64,000 nucleotides of DNA from Patescibacteria group bacterium (lineage in GTDB: Bacteria; Patescibacteriota; UBA1384; XYA2-FULL-43-10; 1-14-0-10-43-13), in assembly GCA_041671645.1 (NCBI GenBank), contig JBAZBD010000001.1, positions 337,217-401,216 of the forward strand, written 5' to 3'. The position numbers and the translations under genes were made by a program. Under the pieces are notes generated by a model. That model saw nothing but the letters and a program-made list of their open reading frames with translations. It was not told the origin of the DNA and searched no databases. This document shows positions 52,280 to 62,503 of this stretch, in pieces. The first letter of the stretch is position 1. Every line of letters starts with the position of its first letter.

Positions 52280-52341
52280 TTGACTGAGAAGCGAACAGGG
52301 CTTACAATATGAACAAGTGGTAAAAAGTGGGAAGAAGTGGG
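52280..52341 (+). promoter_or_regulatory. mraZ promoter (-35 TTGACT / -10 TACAAT) followed by three GTGG(T/G) direct repeats at 10 bp phase (MraZ operator-like)
   Basis: -35 at 52280..52285 and -10 at 52303..52308. Repeats GTGGTaaaaaGTGGGaagaaGTGGG at 52317..52341. Confidence 0.6.
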
Positions 52342-52372
52342 AGGGTGATTAATAAATATCTGAGATTAAAAC

Positions 52373-52804
52373 ATGTTTATCGGAGAGTATTCACATTCTA
52401 TTGATGATAAGGGAAGAGTTTCAGTCCCGGTCAAATTCCGCGGTGATTTAGCCTCTGGATGTGTAGTCACAAGGGGTTTAGACGGATGTCTCTGGCTCTA
52501 TCCTACCGCCGATTGGCACGCTTTGGCCGAAAAGATTTCAGAGCTACCAGTAACTCAGAAAAATTCACGCTCTTTCGCTAGGTTTATCCTCTCGGGGGCG
52601 GTAGAGTGCGAGATCGATAGAGTCGGACGAATCAATTTGCCAAAGTATCTGTCAGCATATGCCGGGATCAAATCGAAGGTGACGCTCAACGGAATGTACA
52701 ATCGAGTCGAGATATGGTCAGAGAACAAGTGGACAGAGTTCAAGAAGGGGATGGAGGAGAATTCTGAGGAAGTCGCAGAGAATCTGAGCGAAATAGGATT
52801 CTAA
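52373..52804 (+). CDS. mraZ: Transcriptional regulator MraZ
   Basis: Two DxxxR-containing SpoVT/AbrB-like repeats (DDKGRVSVP.KFR, DRVGRINLP). First gene of the dcw cluster. Confidence 0.9.
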   Translation: MFIGEYSHSIDDKGRVSVPVKFRGDLASGCVVTRGLDGCLWLYPTADWHALAEKISELPVTQKNSRSFARFILSGAVECEIDRVGRINLPKYLSAYAGIKSKVTLNGMYNRVEIWSENKWTEFKKGMEENSEEVAENLSEIGF

Positions 52805-53131
52805 AATAGGGTCGGAGAGGCAGAGAGAAGTACATTGAAAATTAGTCATAAGAATCAGCAGCCAGCACAAATCTCGTTTTCTTTGAGGAGGGGGCGAGGT
52901 TTAACCTTGATTATATCAAGCGAAAACAAAAAAATTGTCAAAACGACAGCAAAAAACCCGCTTCATTCCGATTTATCGGAACAAGGCGGGTCAATACATC
53001 TACTTAATTATACATTAAGTGATGACGAAACAAAACTCGCTGGCTGATGATTCTTCAGACTAATTAACATACAAATTCGAAATTATCCGAATTGCAGATG
53101 GAGAACGTACGTGGCGCATAACTAATTTTTA

Positions 53132-53506
53132 TTGGAGGTTGCTTTGGGAAGAGGATATGTTATCACAAATAGCGGCTCATCGGAGCGCGGATTCAAGAAA
53201 AAAACGGTCAAACGCGAAGTTGTGATCGGACCAAACGCAATTAAATTTATCACAATTATTATTGCCGCTGTTTTGGCAGTTGTATACTTGGGTCAATCTA
53301 CCGCAGGCGCTGGTCGAAGCGTCAAAACCAGAGACATCGAAAGCCGCAAGGGCGATTTGATGCTAGAGAAGGAAAGGCTCGAGACAGAGCAAACTAGATT
53401 GAAATCGCTGAAAGAGATAGACGGAAATATCGAAAAGCCTGCGCTGGAGCCTGTTTCGGGCGTCAACCATCTTGCGGGTGACAAACAGATTGCTCAAAAT
53501 AACTAA
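53132..53506 (+). CDS. FtsL-like cell division protein (single TM plus coiled coil)
   Basis: Basic N-terminus, TM helix FITIIIAAVLAVVYL and a leucine-zipper-like region. Sits where ftsL lies in dcw clusters. Non-ATG start per the ORF track. Confidence 0.5.
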   Translation: MEVALGRGYVITNSGSSERGFKKKTVKREVVIGPNAIKFITIIIAAVLAVVYLGQSTAGAGRSVKTRDIESRKGDLMLEKERLETEQTRLKSLKEIDGNIEKPALEPVSGVNHLAGDKQIAQNN

Positions 53507-53524
53507 AACTCATATAATACGCCT

Positions 53525-55270
53525 ATGCGAGGAGAATATTTAAAAACGGTTGAAGGCCGCCTCAAGTTCATGGGCGTTTTTGTATTAGCGATCGGTGGAC
53601 TGCTCTTTTGGCGAATGTTTGATATCCAAGTCCTGAAGCACGACCACTATTTAGCCATGGCTCAGGACCAGCAGAGATTTGAAAAAGTTCAAACCGCCCA
53701 GCGTGGTAAAATTTTAGTCCATGATTCCAACGTTGACGATTCGGTCTATTATCCCCTTGCCATGGATGTCAAAAGCTTCGCAGTCTGGGCCGTCCCTCGT
53801 CAGATCAAAGAGAAGGATAAGGTCTCGACAGAGTTGGCTTCTCTTTTGAGCATTGACGGGAAAGAATTATTTTCGAAGATCGACAATGACAAAATGTATA
53901 TTCCACCGCTCAAGAGGGGGCTGTCTTTCGATGACGCGGCTAAAGTCAAAGCTAAGGCAATTGGCGGCATCCTAGTGATCCCTGAATATAGTCGGAATTA
54001 CCCCGAAGGCAGTTTGGCCTCTCAGGTGCTCGGTTTCGTCAACAAAGAGGGTGAGGGCAAATACGGTTTTGAGGGGCATTATAATGATGAGTTGAAGGGC
54101 AAGGAGGGGAATTTGGTCGGCGAGAAAGATACGATTGGTCGGATCATCAGCCTTCTCTCTCAGAAAGAGCCACAAAATGGCACTAGCTATGTCCTCTCGA
54201 TTGACCGTTCAGTCCAATATTTTGTCGAGCAAAAATTGGCCAAGGCAATCACGGATTATCAGGCTGATTCCGGCACGGTTGTAATTATGGACGTGAAGAC
54301 CGGTGGTATTTTGGCCATGGCGAGTTTGCCGACTTTTGACCCAAACAACTACCAAACCCAGGCCAATACCGACACATCCCTTTTCATGAATCCAGCGATC
54401 GCGGGCACGTTTGAGCCAGGTAGCATTTTCAAGCCTGTCATTATGTCTATCGCGATGGACAAAGGCCTGGTGACGCCAGAAACGGAGGAGACCTTCGGCG
54501 AATCGGTTGAAGTCCAGGGTTTCACAATCCATACAGCGGAGGGAAAAGCTTTCGGCAAAGAGACAATGACACAGGTGTTGGAGCACTCCGACAATGTTGG
54601 CATGGTTTGGCTGACCAGCAAGATGGCGAATCTTGACCTATATAACTCTATCAAATCTTTTGGTTTTCTGGATCGGACCGGAATCGACCTTGACTCTGAG
54701 GTGCCAGGCTACACTCTTCCGATCAAGAATTGGCAGGATATCAACAGGGCAACCGTTTCTTTCGGCCAGGGCATCGCTGTGACGCCTATAGAGCTAGTCT
54801 CTGCCTATGCCGCGATAGCCAACAACGGAAAGTATCTCGTTCCTCATATTGTCGATCGAATTGTCCACCCTGACGGCTCTTTCACACAGATCGGGAAGGA
54901 GGAGGGCAAACAGGTTATTAGCGAACAAGTCTCCGCTCAGATGAAGCAGATGCTCTACAATGTGGTGATAAATGGTACGGCCAAGAAAGCGAAGGTCCCA
55001 GGATTCAAAATATCTGCCAAGACAGGTACGGCACAAATTGCCAAGCCAGAAGGTGGCTATGAGGACAATGACGCCAAACTTGGTATTTTCAACCACACTG
55101 CGGCAGGTTTCGCCCCCTCTGATAATCCAGAGTATGCGATGTTGGTCAAGTTGACTCGTCCCAAGACCTTTCAATACGCCGAATCCACCGCAGTGCCGCT
55201 ATTTGGTGAAATATCCAACTTTCTGTTAAACTTTCATTACCGTACTACTCCTACGGAGCCGATCGAATAA
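53525..55270 (+). CDS. ftsI: Penicillin-binding protein 2B/3 (FtsI-type transpeptidase)
   Basis: TM anchor, dimerisation domain and transpeptidase motifs SIFK (SxxK), HSDN (SxN) and KTGT. Confidence 0.9.
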   Translation: MRGEYLKTVEGRLKFMGVFVLAIGGLLFWRMFDIQVLKHDHYLAMAQDQQRFEKVQTAQRGKILVHDSNVDDSVYYPLAMDVKSFAVWAVPRQIKEKDKVSTELASLLSIDGKELFSKIDNDKMYIPPLKRGLSFDDAAKVKAKAIGGILVIPEYSRNYPEGSLASQVLGFVNKEGEGKYGFEGHYNDELKGKEGNLVGEKDTIGRIISLLSQKEPQNGTSYVLSIDRSVQYFVEQKLAKAITDYQADSGTVVIMDVKTGGILAMASLPTFDPNNYQTQANTDTSLFMNPAIAGTFEPGSIFKPVIMSIAMDKGLVTPETEETFGESVEVQGFTIHTAEGKAFGKETMTQVLEHSDNVGMVWLTSKMANLDLYNSIKSFGFLDRTGIDLDSEVPGYTLPIKNWQDINRATVSFGQGIAVTPIELVSAYAAIANNGKYLVPHIVDRIVHPDGSFTQIGKEEGKQVISEQVSAQMKQMLYNVVINGTAKKAKVPGFKISAKTGTAQIAKPEGGYEDNDAKLGIFNHTAAGFAPSDNPEYAMLVKLTRPKTFQYAESTAVPLFGEISNFLLNFHYRTTPTEPIE

Positions 55271-55273
55271 ACT

Positions 55274-56524
55274 ATGAAAAATGTATTTCTAAAATTTATC
55301 TACTTCACTCTGGCTGCATATGCTCGGAAGGTGATTGCGACCCACAAACCGTTTGTGATCGGGATCACCGGATCGGTCGGCAAGAGCACGACCAAAGAGA
55401 TGGTGGCTCAGACGCTTCGAGATCATTTTGGTGACCAAGTCAGAGCCAATTTCGGCAATCTCAACGCTGAGATAGGAATACCGCTTACTATATTGGGTTA
55501 TGACAAGTTACCAAGCAAATTACTCTGGCCATTTTTCCTTGTCCAAGCATATTTCAGAACTTTCGAGAAAAAGTATCCAAGGTACTTGGTCTTGGAAATG
55601 GGCGTTGAGCGTCCGGGCGATATACAATATTTTGGCACAATCGTGCGCCCTGATATCGGCATTATCACTTCGACAGCCCCAGCCCACATCGCCAATTTTC
55701 CTTCGAGAGAAGTCCAGCAGGCAGAGAAGCGCGAAATGGCTAATATTATCAAAAAAGACGGTTCACTCCTTATCAACGCAGACGATTCCGGTCTTGCCAA
55801 GATCGATTTCCCCGGAATAGCCACTGTCGGGATTCAGACTCAAACGGCTCAATTTCGAGCTAATAGCATCAAGGTCTCAGAGTCGGGGACGGAATACAGA
55901 GTTGAGACGCTGGGCCAAAAAATCTCGATCAAATCCAGACTTTTGGGCGAGCACTTTGTCTACGCTGCTCTATTTGCCTTTGCCGTCGGAAACCGCTTCG
56001 GGATTCAATCACTTGAGATCAAGAAATCTATAGAGAAAACTGCACCTCAGCCAGGCAGGATGAATATATTGCGAGGCAGAGATGGCATTATCATTCTCGA
56101 CGACACATACAACGCCAGCCCGGCCTCGATCAAGGCGGCGCTAGACGTCTTATCAAATTTCTCGGGACGAAAGGTTGCAATCATTGGAAATATGAACGAA
56201 CTTGGCGAGATAGAGGAGCAGTCTCATCGCGAGGTTGCCGCTTACGCCAAGGGGATCGCAGATCTGGCTGTTTTCGCTGGCAAAAATGCCAAAATGATGG
56301 CCGAAGTCTGCGGAAATGGCGCTTTATCATATCTGACCAGAAAAGATTTGGAGGCCGACCTGGCAAATATCGTCAAATCACAGGACGTGGTGCTGATCAA
56401 GGCTTCACAAAATGGCAATTTCTTTGAGGAAATCACAAAGTTATTATTGTTTGACAAGTCAAAATCAGCTGAAATCTTGGTGCGTCAAAGCCGATTTTGG
56501 CTCAAAAAGAAAGGTATTAAATAA
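55274..56524 (+). CDS. murF: Mur ligase, MurF-like (UDP-MurNAc-tripeptide--D-Ala-D-Ala ligase)
   Basis: P-loop GITGSVGKSTTKEM and DDTYNASPASIKAALDVL (the MurF DDSYNANP region). Short at 416 aa. Confidence 0.7.
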   Translation: MKNVFLKFIYFTLAAYARKVIATHKPFVIGITGSVGKSTTKEMVAQTLRDHFGDQVRANFGNLNAEIGIPLTILGYDKLPSKLLWPFFLVQAYFRTFEKKYPRYLVLEMGVERPGDIQYFGTIVRPDIGIITSTAPAHIANFPSREVQQAEKREMANIIKKDGSLLINADDSGLAKIDFPGIATVGIQTQTAQFRANSIKVSESGTEYRVETLGQKISIKSRLLGEHFVYAALFAFAVGNRFGIQSLEIKKSIEKTAPQPGRMNILRGRDGIIILDDTYNASPASIKAALDVLSNFSGRKVAIIGNMNELGEIEEQSHREVAAYAKGIADLAVFAGKNAKMMAEVCGNGALSYLTRKDLEADLANIVKSQDVVLIKASQNGNFFEEITKLLLFDKSKSAEILVRQSRFWLKKKGIK

Positions 56525-56533
56525 GAGGCTTTT

Positions 56534-57559
56534 ATGGAAACATTTATTGTTGATGTCCCGACACTGGTTCGAATGTTTTGGTTTTCGCTGGCTGCGTTTC
56601 TGATCGCGATCGTCTGGACGCCGATTTTGACCAATTTCCTCTACAAAAATAAGATTGGCAAGACTATCCGCGACAGCAAGGATGCGCCAATTATGGCCAA
56701 GCTTCATGAGAAGAAGGCTGGCACTCCGACCATGGGCGGAATCCTGATTTGGATTACGACCGCAGTTCTGACAATTTTGTTCAATTTGTCCAGAAACGCG
56801 ACTTGGCTTCCCTTATTTTGTCTTGTCGCCACTGGGGTAGTTGGAGCGATTGACGATATTATGAATGTGAGAGGGGTCGGCGAAAAGGGCGGCGGTCTTT
56901 CTCTACGACAGAAATTACCGATCTATGCGGCGATAGCACTGGCGGGGGCTTGGTGGTTTTATTTCAAGCTAGATTGGCACTCAATTCATATCCCCGCAAT
57001 GGGAGACTTTTCGATCGGCCTTTGGTATATTCCACTTTTTGTCGGAGTCTTGGTCTGGATGGCCTTTGCTTCAAACGAAACAGATGGTCTGGATGGTCTA
57101 GCGGGAGGAATATTTGCGCTTTCATACGCTGTTTTTGCTATTATCGCATTGGTCGAGGGCAAGTCTGGTTTGGCAGTATTTTGCGCCACGATCATGGGGT
57201 CGCTGATGGCATTTCTCTGGTTTAACATTCCACCGGCAAGGTTTTTCATGGGCGATACCGGAAGCATGGCACTTGGTATGACACTTGGCGTGGTGGCGTT
57301 TCTTACAAATTCGGTCGTTGCTCTCTTTGTCGTTACATCAGTTTTCTCGATTGAAGGCCTAAGTTTCATTATCCAAATGCTCTCGAAGAAGCTCCGACAC
57401 GGCAAGAAGATATTTCTTTCCTCCCCAGTTCATCATCATCTTGAGGCAATCGGTTGGCCGGAGCACAAGATCACGATGCGTTTTTGGATATTGGGCGCCA
57501 TCTCTGCGGTTTGCGGTCTGGCAGTAGCATTAGTGGGAAGTGGCAGCTTTTATAGATAA
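56534..57559 (+). CDS. mraY: Phospho-N-acetylmuramoyl-pentapeptide transferase
   Basis: Ten TM helices. DD..D and NETDGLDGLA motifs of MraY. Confidence 0.9.
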   Translation: METFIVDVPTLVRMFWFSLAAFLIAIVWTPILTNFLYKNKIGKTIRDSKDAPIMAKLHEKKAGTPTMGGILIWITTAVLTILFNLSRNATWLPLFCLVATGVVGAIDDIMNVRGVGEKGGGLSLRQKLPIYAAIALAGAWWFYFKLDWHSIHIPAMGDFSIGLWYIPLFVGVLVWMAFASNETDGLDGLAGGIFALSYAVFAIIALVEGKSGLAVFCATIMGSLMAFLWFNIPPARFFMGDTGSMALGMTLGVVAFLTNSVVALFVVTSVFSIEGLSFIIQMLSKKLRHGKKIFLSSPVHHHLEAIGWPEHKITMRFWILGAISAVCGLAVALVGSGSFYR

Positions 57560-57560
57560 A

Positions 57561-58982
57561 ATGACAAACCCTTACATCAACAAGAAAATAGCGGTCCTGG
57601 GCTTCGGTATGGAAGGTCAGGCCGTAGCTCGTTTTTTGCTTGCCGAAGCTACAAGCATTGAGATTATCGATCAAAAATCGTCTGAGGCAGTCTTGGCCGA
57701 GCTTTTGGGGGACGCTAGAATGGAAGCGGTGAAAGTCCTGGACAATCCAAAGGTCAAATATATTGCAGCTGAAAAATTACCTTTGTTGACAGAGTATGAT
57801 GCCGTGTTCCGTTCCCCGTCGGTATATTTTGACGACAAAATGATTAGTGAGGCGAGGCAAGCGGGGGTCGAAGTTTCGAGTCAGATCCAATTATTTTTTG
57901 ACCTTTGCCCATGCAAAATTATTGGAGTGACTGGGACAAAAGGCAAGGGGACGACGAGCTCTCTAATATTTTCAATATTAGAAGCTCAAGTCAAAAGTCA
58001 AAAGTCAAAAGTTGAAAGTAAAGTATATCTGGCGGGTAATATTGGAGCGCCTACACTTGATTTGCTTCCGAATCTCGCTAGCGATGATATTGTCATCCTC
58101 GAGCTCTCAAACTTTCAATTAGCGGATTTGCACTCATCCCCGCATATTGCAGTCATGACCAATTTGGAAATCGATCATCTCGATTATCACAAGGACGAAG
58201 CGGAATACAGGAGGGCCAAGGAAAGCATACTGAGATACCAGAGTGAATCTGATTTTGCTGTTTTAAACAAAGAGTCAACTTTTGCCCCAGATTTCCTAAA
58301 AAGTGTGAAGTCTCAACTTCGTTATTTCTCTAGCAAGGACAGCTCGGCCAGCGCTTCTGTTTCAAGCGGCTCTGCATATCTGGCCTCTGAAAGCGGTAAA
58401 AAAGAAATTTGTACTACCTCCCAAATCAAATTGGTCGGGCGGCATAATTTGATGAATATCGCGGCTGCCACAATCGTAGCTGATCTCTTGGGTGTCAAAT
58501 TCGATCTGATCAGGGAAGCCATCAAAAATTTTGAGGGTTTGCCTCATCGACTCGAGACCGTAGCCGAGATTCAAGGCATCAAGTTTATTAATGATTCATT
58601 TTCGACCAATCCAGGCCCGACAATAGCTGCAGTTAGTGCCTTTGATGAGCCAAAAGTCTTGATCTTGGGTGGAAGCGAAAAAGGAGCCGATTTTTTAGAG
58701 ATGGCTCGAGTCATCGCCAAATCCAATACCAAGGCAGTCATATCTATCGGAGTCGAGGGGCCAAGAATCAATCAAGCGCTTGAGAAAATGGGCTTTGCGG
58801 GCAAAATAATTAAGGGAGAGGAAACTCTAGACTTGATTGTCAGACAGGCTAAGGAGTCGGCCGGAATTGGCGACTTAGTCATATTCTCTCCAGCCTGCGC
58901 CTCTTTTGATATGTTCAAAAATTACAAAGATAGGGGAGAGAAGTTCAAGGAAGAGGTTTGGAAGTTAATAGGAAAATCATAA
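57561..58982 (+). CDS. murD: UDP-N-acetylmuramoylalanine--D-glutamate ligase
   Basis: Rossmann N-terminus VLGFGMEGQA and P-loop GVTGTKGKGTT. The start may alternatively be 57540. Contains the (AGTCAAA)x3 coding repeat at 57988..58011. Confidence 0.85.
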   Translation: MTNPYINKKIAVLGFGMEGQAVARFLLAEATSIEIIDQKSSEAVLAELLGDARMEAVKVLDNPKVKYIAAEKLPLLTEYDAVFRSPSVYFDDKMISEARQAGVEVSSQIQLFFDLCPCKIIGVTGTKGKGTTSSLIFSILEAQVKSQKSKVESKVYLAGNIGAPTLDLLPNLASDDIVILELSNFQLADLHSSPHIAVMTNLEIDHLDYHKDEAEYRRAKESILRYQSESDFAVLNKESTFAPDFLKSVKSQLRYFSSKDSSASASVSSGSAYLASESGKKEICTTSQIKLVGRHNLMNIAAATIVADLLGVKFDLIREAIKNFEGLPHRLETVAEIQGIKFINDSFSTNPGPTIAAVSAFDEPKVLILGGSEKGADFLEMARVIAKSNTKAVISIGVEGPRINQALEKMGFAGKIIKGEETLDLIVRQAKESAGIGDLVIFSPACASFDMFKNYKDRGEKFKEEVWKLIGKS

Positions 58983-58987
58983 ATAAT

Positions 58988-60097
58988 ATGAATAGTGTTC
59001 GACGAAAACATTCTGATTATTGGCTGTCGTTGTCGGTCTTCGCACTGATTTGCTTCGGGCTGATTATGATTTATTCTGTCTCGAAATATTATTCTCTTGA
59101 TGTTACCGACGGAGCGACTGACAAACTTTATCTCAAAAAACAGATTTTTACTGTCGCGATCGGCCTTATCGCCTGGATCGTGATGCAGGCGATAGATTAC
59201 CGTTTTTGGTTAAAACACGCCGGCAAAATGTTCTATGCTACCTTGGGCTTGCTTGCCTTACCAATTATTTTGGAGCCGTTCGGCATAGCTAGGGCTGGCC
59301 GCTGGATCGATTTTCTTGGTTTTAATTTCCAGCCAGCTGAATTAGCAAAGCTAACATTTATTTTCTATCTTGCTGCCTGGTTTGCCCAGAAGGGTGAAAA
59401 TCAGAAGAAGATACAGGAGTCCTTCTGGAGTTTTGTCGGCATCGTAGGTATCATCGCTGGCTTTATGTTGTTGGAGAAAGATCTTGGAACTCTTGCCATA
59501 TTTGTGATCATCTCGGCCGGAATGTTTATCATGGCGGGCGCGCCCCTGTCTCAGATTTTTTCTGGTGGCGCCCTGGCGGCGGCTCTTGTCTGGCTGGCGG
59601 TCAAGATCGAGCCATATCGGATGCAACGTTTTTTAACTTTTCTAAATCCTGAAAATGATAGTTTGAGTTCCGGCTATCATATCAAGAACGCCCTGATTGC
59701 TATTGGGTCGGGCGGACTTTGGGGTTTGGGATTTGGCCAGAGTCGGCAAAAATATCTTTATCTGCCAGAGGCTCATACTGATTCGATTTTTGCTATAATA
59801 TGTGAAGAGCTTGGCATGGTCCGAGCCAGTCTGATCATCGTAGTCTTTATCTTCATCGCGATGAGGGGACTCAAGATCGCACTGCGCGCTCCAGATATCT
59901 TCTCGCGTTTGTTGGCCGCTAGTATTACTTTCTGGCTCTTCGCCCAGATGGCGATCAACATCTCCGCCATGTTCTCCCTCGTCCCACTTACCGGAATCCC
60001 ACTGCCCTTCATCAGCTATGGCGGAACATCAGTTATAATCCTCCTTTCAGCGGTCGGAGTACTCTCAAATATTTCTAAACATACTACGGATAGATAA
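58988..60097 (+). CDS. ftsW: SEDS-family peptidoglycan glycosyltransferase FtsW
   Basis: Ten TM helices. Conserved SEDS motifs (TDSIFA, PLPFISYGGTS). Confidence 0.85.
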   Translation: MNSVRRKHSDYWLSLSVFALICFGLIMIYSVSKYYSLDVTDGATDKLYLKKQIFTVAIGLIAWIVMQAIDYRFWLKHAGKMFYATLGLLALPIILEPFGIARAGRWIDFLGFNFQPAELAKLTFIFYLAAWFAQKGENQKKIQESFWSFVGIVGIIAGFMLLEKDLGTLAIFVIISAGMFIMAGAPLSQIFSGGALAAALVWLAVKIEPYRMQRFLTFLNPENDSLSSGYHIKNALIAIGSGGLWGLGFGQSRQKYLYLPEAHTDSIFAIICEELGMVRASLIIVVFIFIAMRGLKIALRAPDIFSRLLAASITFWLFAQMAINISAMFSLVPLTGIPLPFISYGGTSVIILLSAVGVLSNISKHTTDR

Positions 60098-60117
60098 GTT
60101 GAAAGTAGAAAGTCAAG

Positions 60118-61233
60118 ATGACCAAAGAAAAAACAATTTTGTTGGTTGGCGGCGGGACGGGCGGGCACATTGTGCCCATATTTGAGCTGTATGAGAAGCT
60201 CAAGGAATCAGACAAGTCGCTCACTATCAAGGTAGTCGGTGGCGGGACACTGATTGAGGGTCAATTTTTTGGTGGTAACTCGGATTATATCGCGATTGAG
60301 ACGGGCAAATTGCATCGGGCCTTTACCTTCAAAATCATCAATGAAATCAGGAAATATTTTGTCGGACGGGCACAAGCCCGCAAAATACTATCTGATCTGA
60401 AGCCTGATTTAATATTCTCCAAAGGCGGCTATGTTTCATTGCCGGTCATATATTGGGCCAAGAAGCTCAAGATTCCATATTTTATCCACGAATCTGATAT
60501 TGAAATGGGAGAAGCCAACAAATATGCGGCCAAAGGTGCGACCAAAGTATTCGTTGGATTCAAAACAGAAAACTACAAGGATCTTCATAGCGACAAGCTG
60601 ATTTTTGCTGGCCAATTTATTCCGACCTTGCTTTTGAAACAGGAAAAAACCAAAAGTCTCTTCGACAATGCCAAGCCCACAATATTTGTGACAGGTGGAA
60701 GCCAGGGCGCGATCGCAATCAATGATGTGGTCAAATCATCTGTCGTCTCCCTGGCAAAATCATACAATATCATACATCAGACAGGGGACTTTGACTTCGA
60801 CAAAATGACCAAATTTAGAGAGTCACTGGACGATGAAACCAAGGAGAGTTATATAGTCCGAAGTTTTTTCCCACATGAATCTGGGGCGGATGGCATATAT
60901 TCTGTCTATCGAGCGAGTGATCTCTTTGTTGGACGCGCCAGCATTACTTTCCCTGCCGAAGCGACTGCTGTAGGTTTGCCTCTGATCTTGATCCCTTATC
61001 CTCACGCTTCCGCTGATCATCAATTGAAGAACGGCCAGGCCTTGGAGAAAGAAGGTGCTTGCGTCATGATTGAGCAGAAGGACTTGAACGCCGATTTGTT
61101 AATACGGAAAATCAATGGCTTGATGGCTGATCCGGAAAAGTGTGATAGGATGGTATCGAAGGCAAAGGAATATTTTGGAAGCAACGCGCTTCTTGTGATT
61201 ACAGAGTCTATACTTAACGAAATAGAGAAATAG
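60118..61233 (+). CDS. murG: UDP-GlcNAc:undecaprenyl-PP-MurNAc-pentapeptide GlcNAc transferase
   Basis: GGGTGGHI N-terminal motif and GT28 fold. Confidence 0.9.
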   Translation: MTKEKTILLVGGGTGGHIVPIFELYEKLKESDKSLTIKVVGGGTLIEGQFFGGNSDYIAIETGKLHRAFTFKIINEIRKYFVGRAQARKILSDLKPDLIFSKGGYVSLPVIYWAKKLKIPYFIHESDIEMGEANKYAAKGATKVFVGFKTENYKDLHSDKLIFAGQFIPTLLLKQEKTKSLFDNAKPTIFVTGGSQGAIAINDVVKSSVVSLAKSYNIIHQTGDFDFDKMTKFRESLDDETKESYIVRSFFPHESGADGIYSVYRASDLFVGRASITFPAEATAVGLPLILIPYPHASADHQLKNGQALEKEGACVMIEQKDLNADLLIRKINGLMADPEKCDRMVSKAKEYFGSNALLVITESILNEIEK

Positions 61234-61234
61234 T

Positions 61235-62503
61235 ATGAAATATCATTTGATCGGAGATCAGGGCGTCTCGATGAGAGGCCTTGCGAAATATTTAAGCCAT
61301 CTGGGTCATACCGTCTCAGGCTCGGATTTGAAGACGGGTGGACACAGTGCTGCCAATGTCCCTTTTGGCGCAGATGTAGTTGTCAGAACTTCAGCCGTTA
61401 GCCCGGGGTCACCTGGTTGGGTAGAGGTGGATCAAGCCGAAAAGCAGGGTGCCAAAGTGATCAAACGCTCTAAGCTAATAGGACAGTTGACCGAAAACAA
61501 ACGCCTTATCGCCATCTCTGGCATGCATGGCAAGACTACTGTCACTTCGATGGCTGGCTTGGTTTTGGAAGCGGCTGGATTTGACCCTACAGTACTGGTC
61601 GGAGACCAGGTATTAGACTTCAACAACGACGTGATTAGGATAGGCCAGAGCGATTGGTTCGTCCTCGAGGCCTGCGAATACGACAGAAGCTTCCTCGATT
61701 TTCATCCTGAAATTCTGATTCTGACCAATATTGAAGAGGAGCATCTCGACACTTATCCAGGCGGTTTGCCAGAGATCAAAAAAGCTTTCTCAACATATCT
61801 AGAAAACGTATCTCCGAAGGGAACTATTATTGCCTGCAAGGACGACGATAATGTAAGGGAAGTAATTGAACAGTCCGAAACAAAAGCCAAGGTAATCTGG
61901 TACGGAAATCATACTGAGTATGACAAATTAGATTTTCAGCTTTCTGTCCCCGGAGTTCATAATTCGCTAAACGCCTTGGCCGTTAAGGCTCTGGCTGATT
62001 GTCTGGGGATTGATGGAAAAATAGTCGCGACTGCTCTATCCAAGTTCCAGGGCGCCCACAGAAGATTCGAACTCCTGGGTAATTTCCAAGGTGCGGACTT
62101 GATTGATGATTATGGTCATCATCCCACAGAGATAAAAGCGACTTTGGCCGCATTGAAGGAGAGATATCACGACAAGAAAAGAATCGTTGTCTTCTGGCCG
62201 CATCAATACAAACGCATTCTTCCTTTGCTTGATGAATTTGCTGCAAGTTTTCATGACGCAGATCTGACAATTCTAAAACCTATCTTTTTCGTCCCAGGCC
62301 GGGACGAAGAGCTGCCAGTTAGCTCACAAGATTTGGTCAAGAAGATAAACGACCGAGGAGACAGGGCCAAATTTATCGAAACCGACCAGGAGATTGCAGA
62401 ATTTCTGACCAAGGAATTGGACAAAGACTCCGTTCTTCTCACCATCGGCATACCTCCAGTCTACAAAATTTCAGAGATTTTATTGGGAGGCAAAAATGAC
62501 TGA
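61235..62503 (+). CDS. murC: UDP-N-acetylmuramate--L-alanine ligase
   Basis: HLIGDQGVSMRGLA N-terminus and P-loop ISGMHGKTTVTSM. Confidence 0.9.
   Translation: MKYHLIGDQGVSMRGLAKYLSHLGHTVSGSDLKTGGHSAANVPFGADVVVRTSAVSPGSPGWVEVDQAEKQGAKVIKRSKLIGQLTENKRLIAISGMHGKTTVTSMAGLVLEAAGFDPTVLVGDQVLDFNNDVIRIGQSDWFVLEACEYDRSFLDFHPEILILTNIEEEHLDTYPGGLPEIKKAFSTYLENVSPKGTIIACKDDDNVREVIEQSETKAKVIWYGNHTEYDKLDFQLSVPGVHNSLNALAVKALADCLGIDGKIVATALSKFQGAHRRFELLGNFQGADLIDDYGHHPTEIKATLAALKERYHDKKRIVVFWPHQYKRILPLLDEFAASFHDADLTILKPIFFVPGRDEELPVSSQDLVKKINDRGDRAKFIETDQEIAEFLTKELDKDSVLLTIGIPPVYKISEILLGGKND

Noticed and set aside
52835-53047. 70-codon ORF between mraZ and ftsL-like
   Set aside because: Would need a TTG start with no RBS. 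Composition is not protein-like. More likely a non-coding spacer or rsmH remnant (treated as a finding instead).
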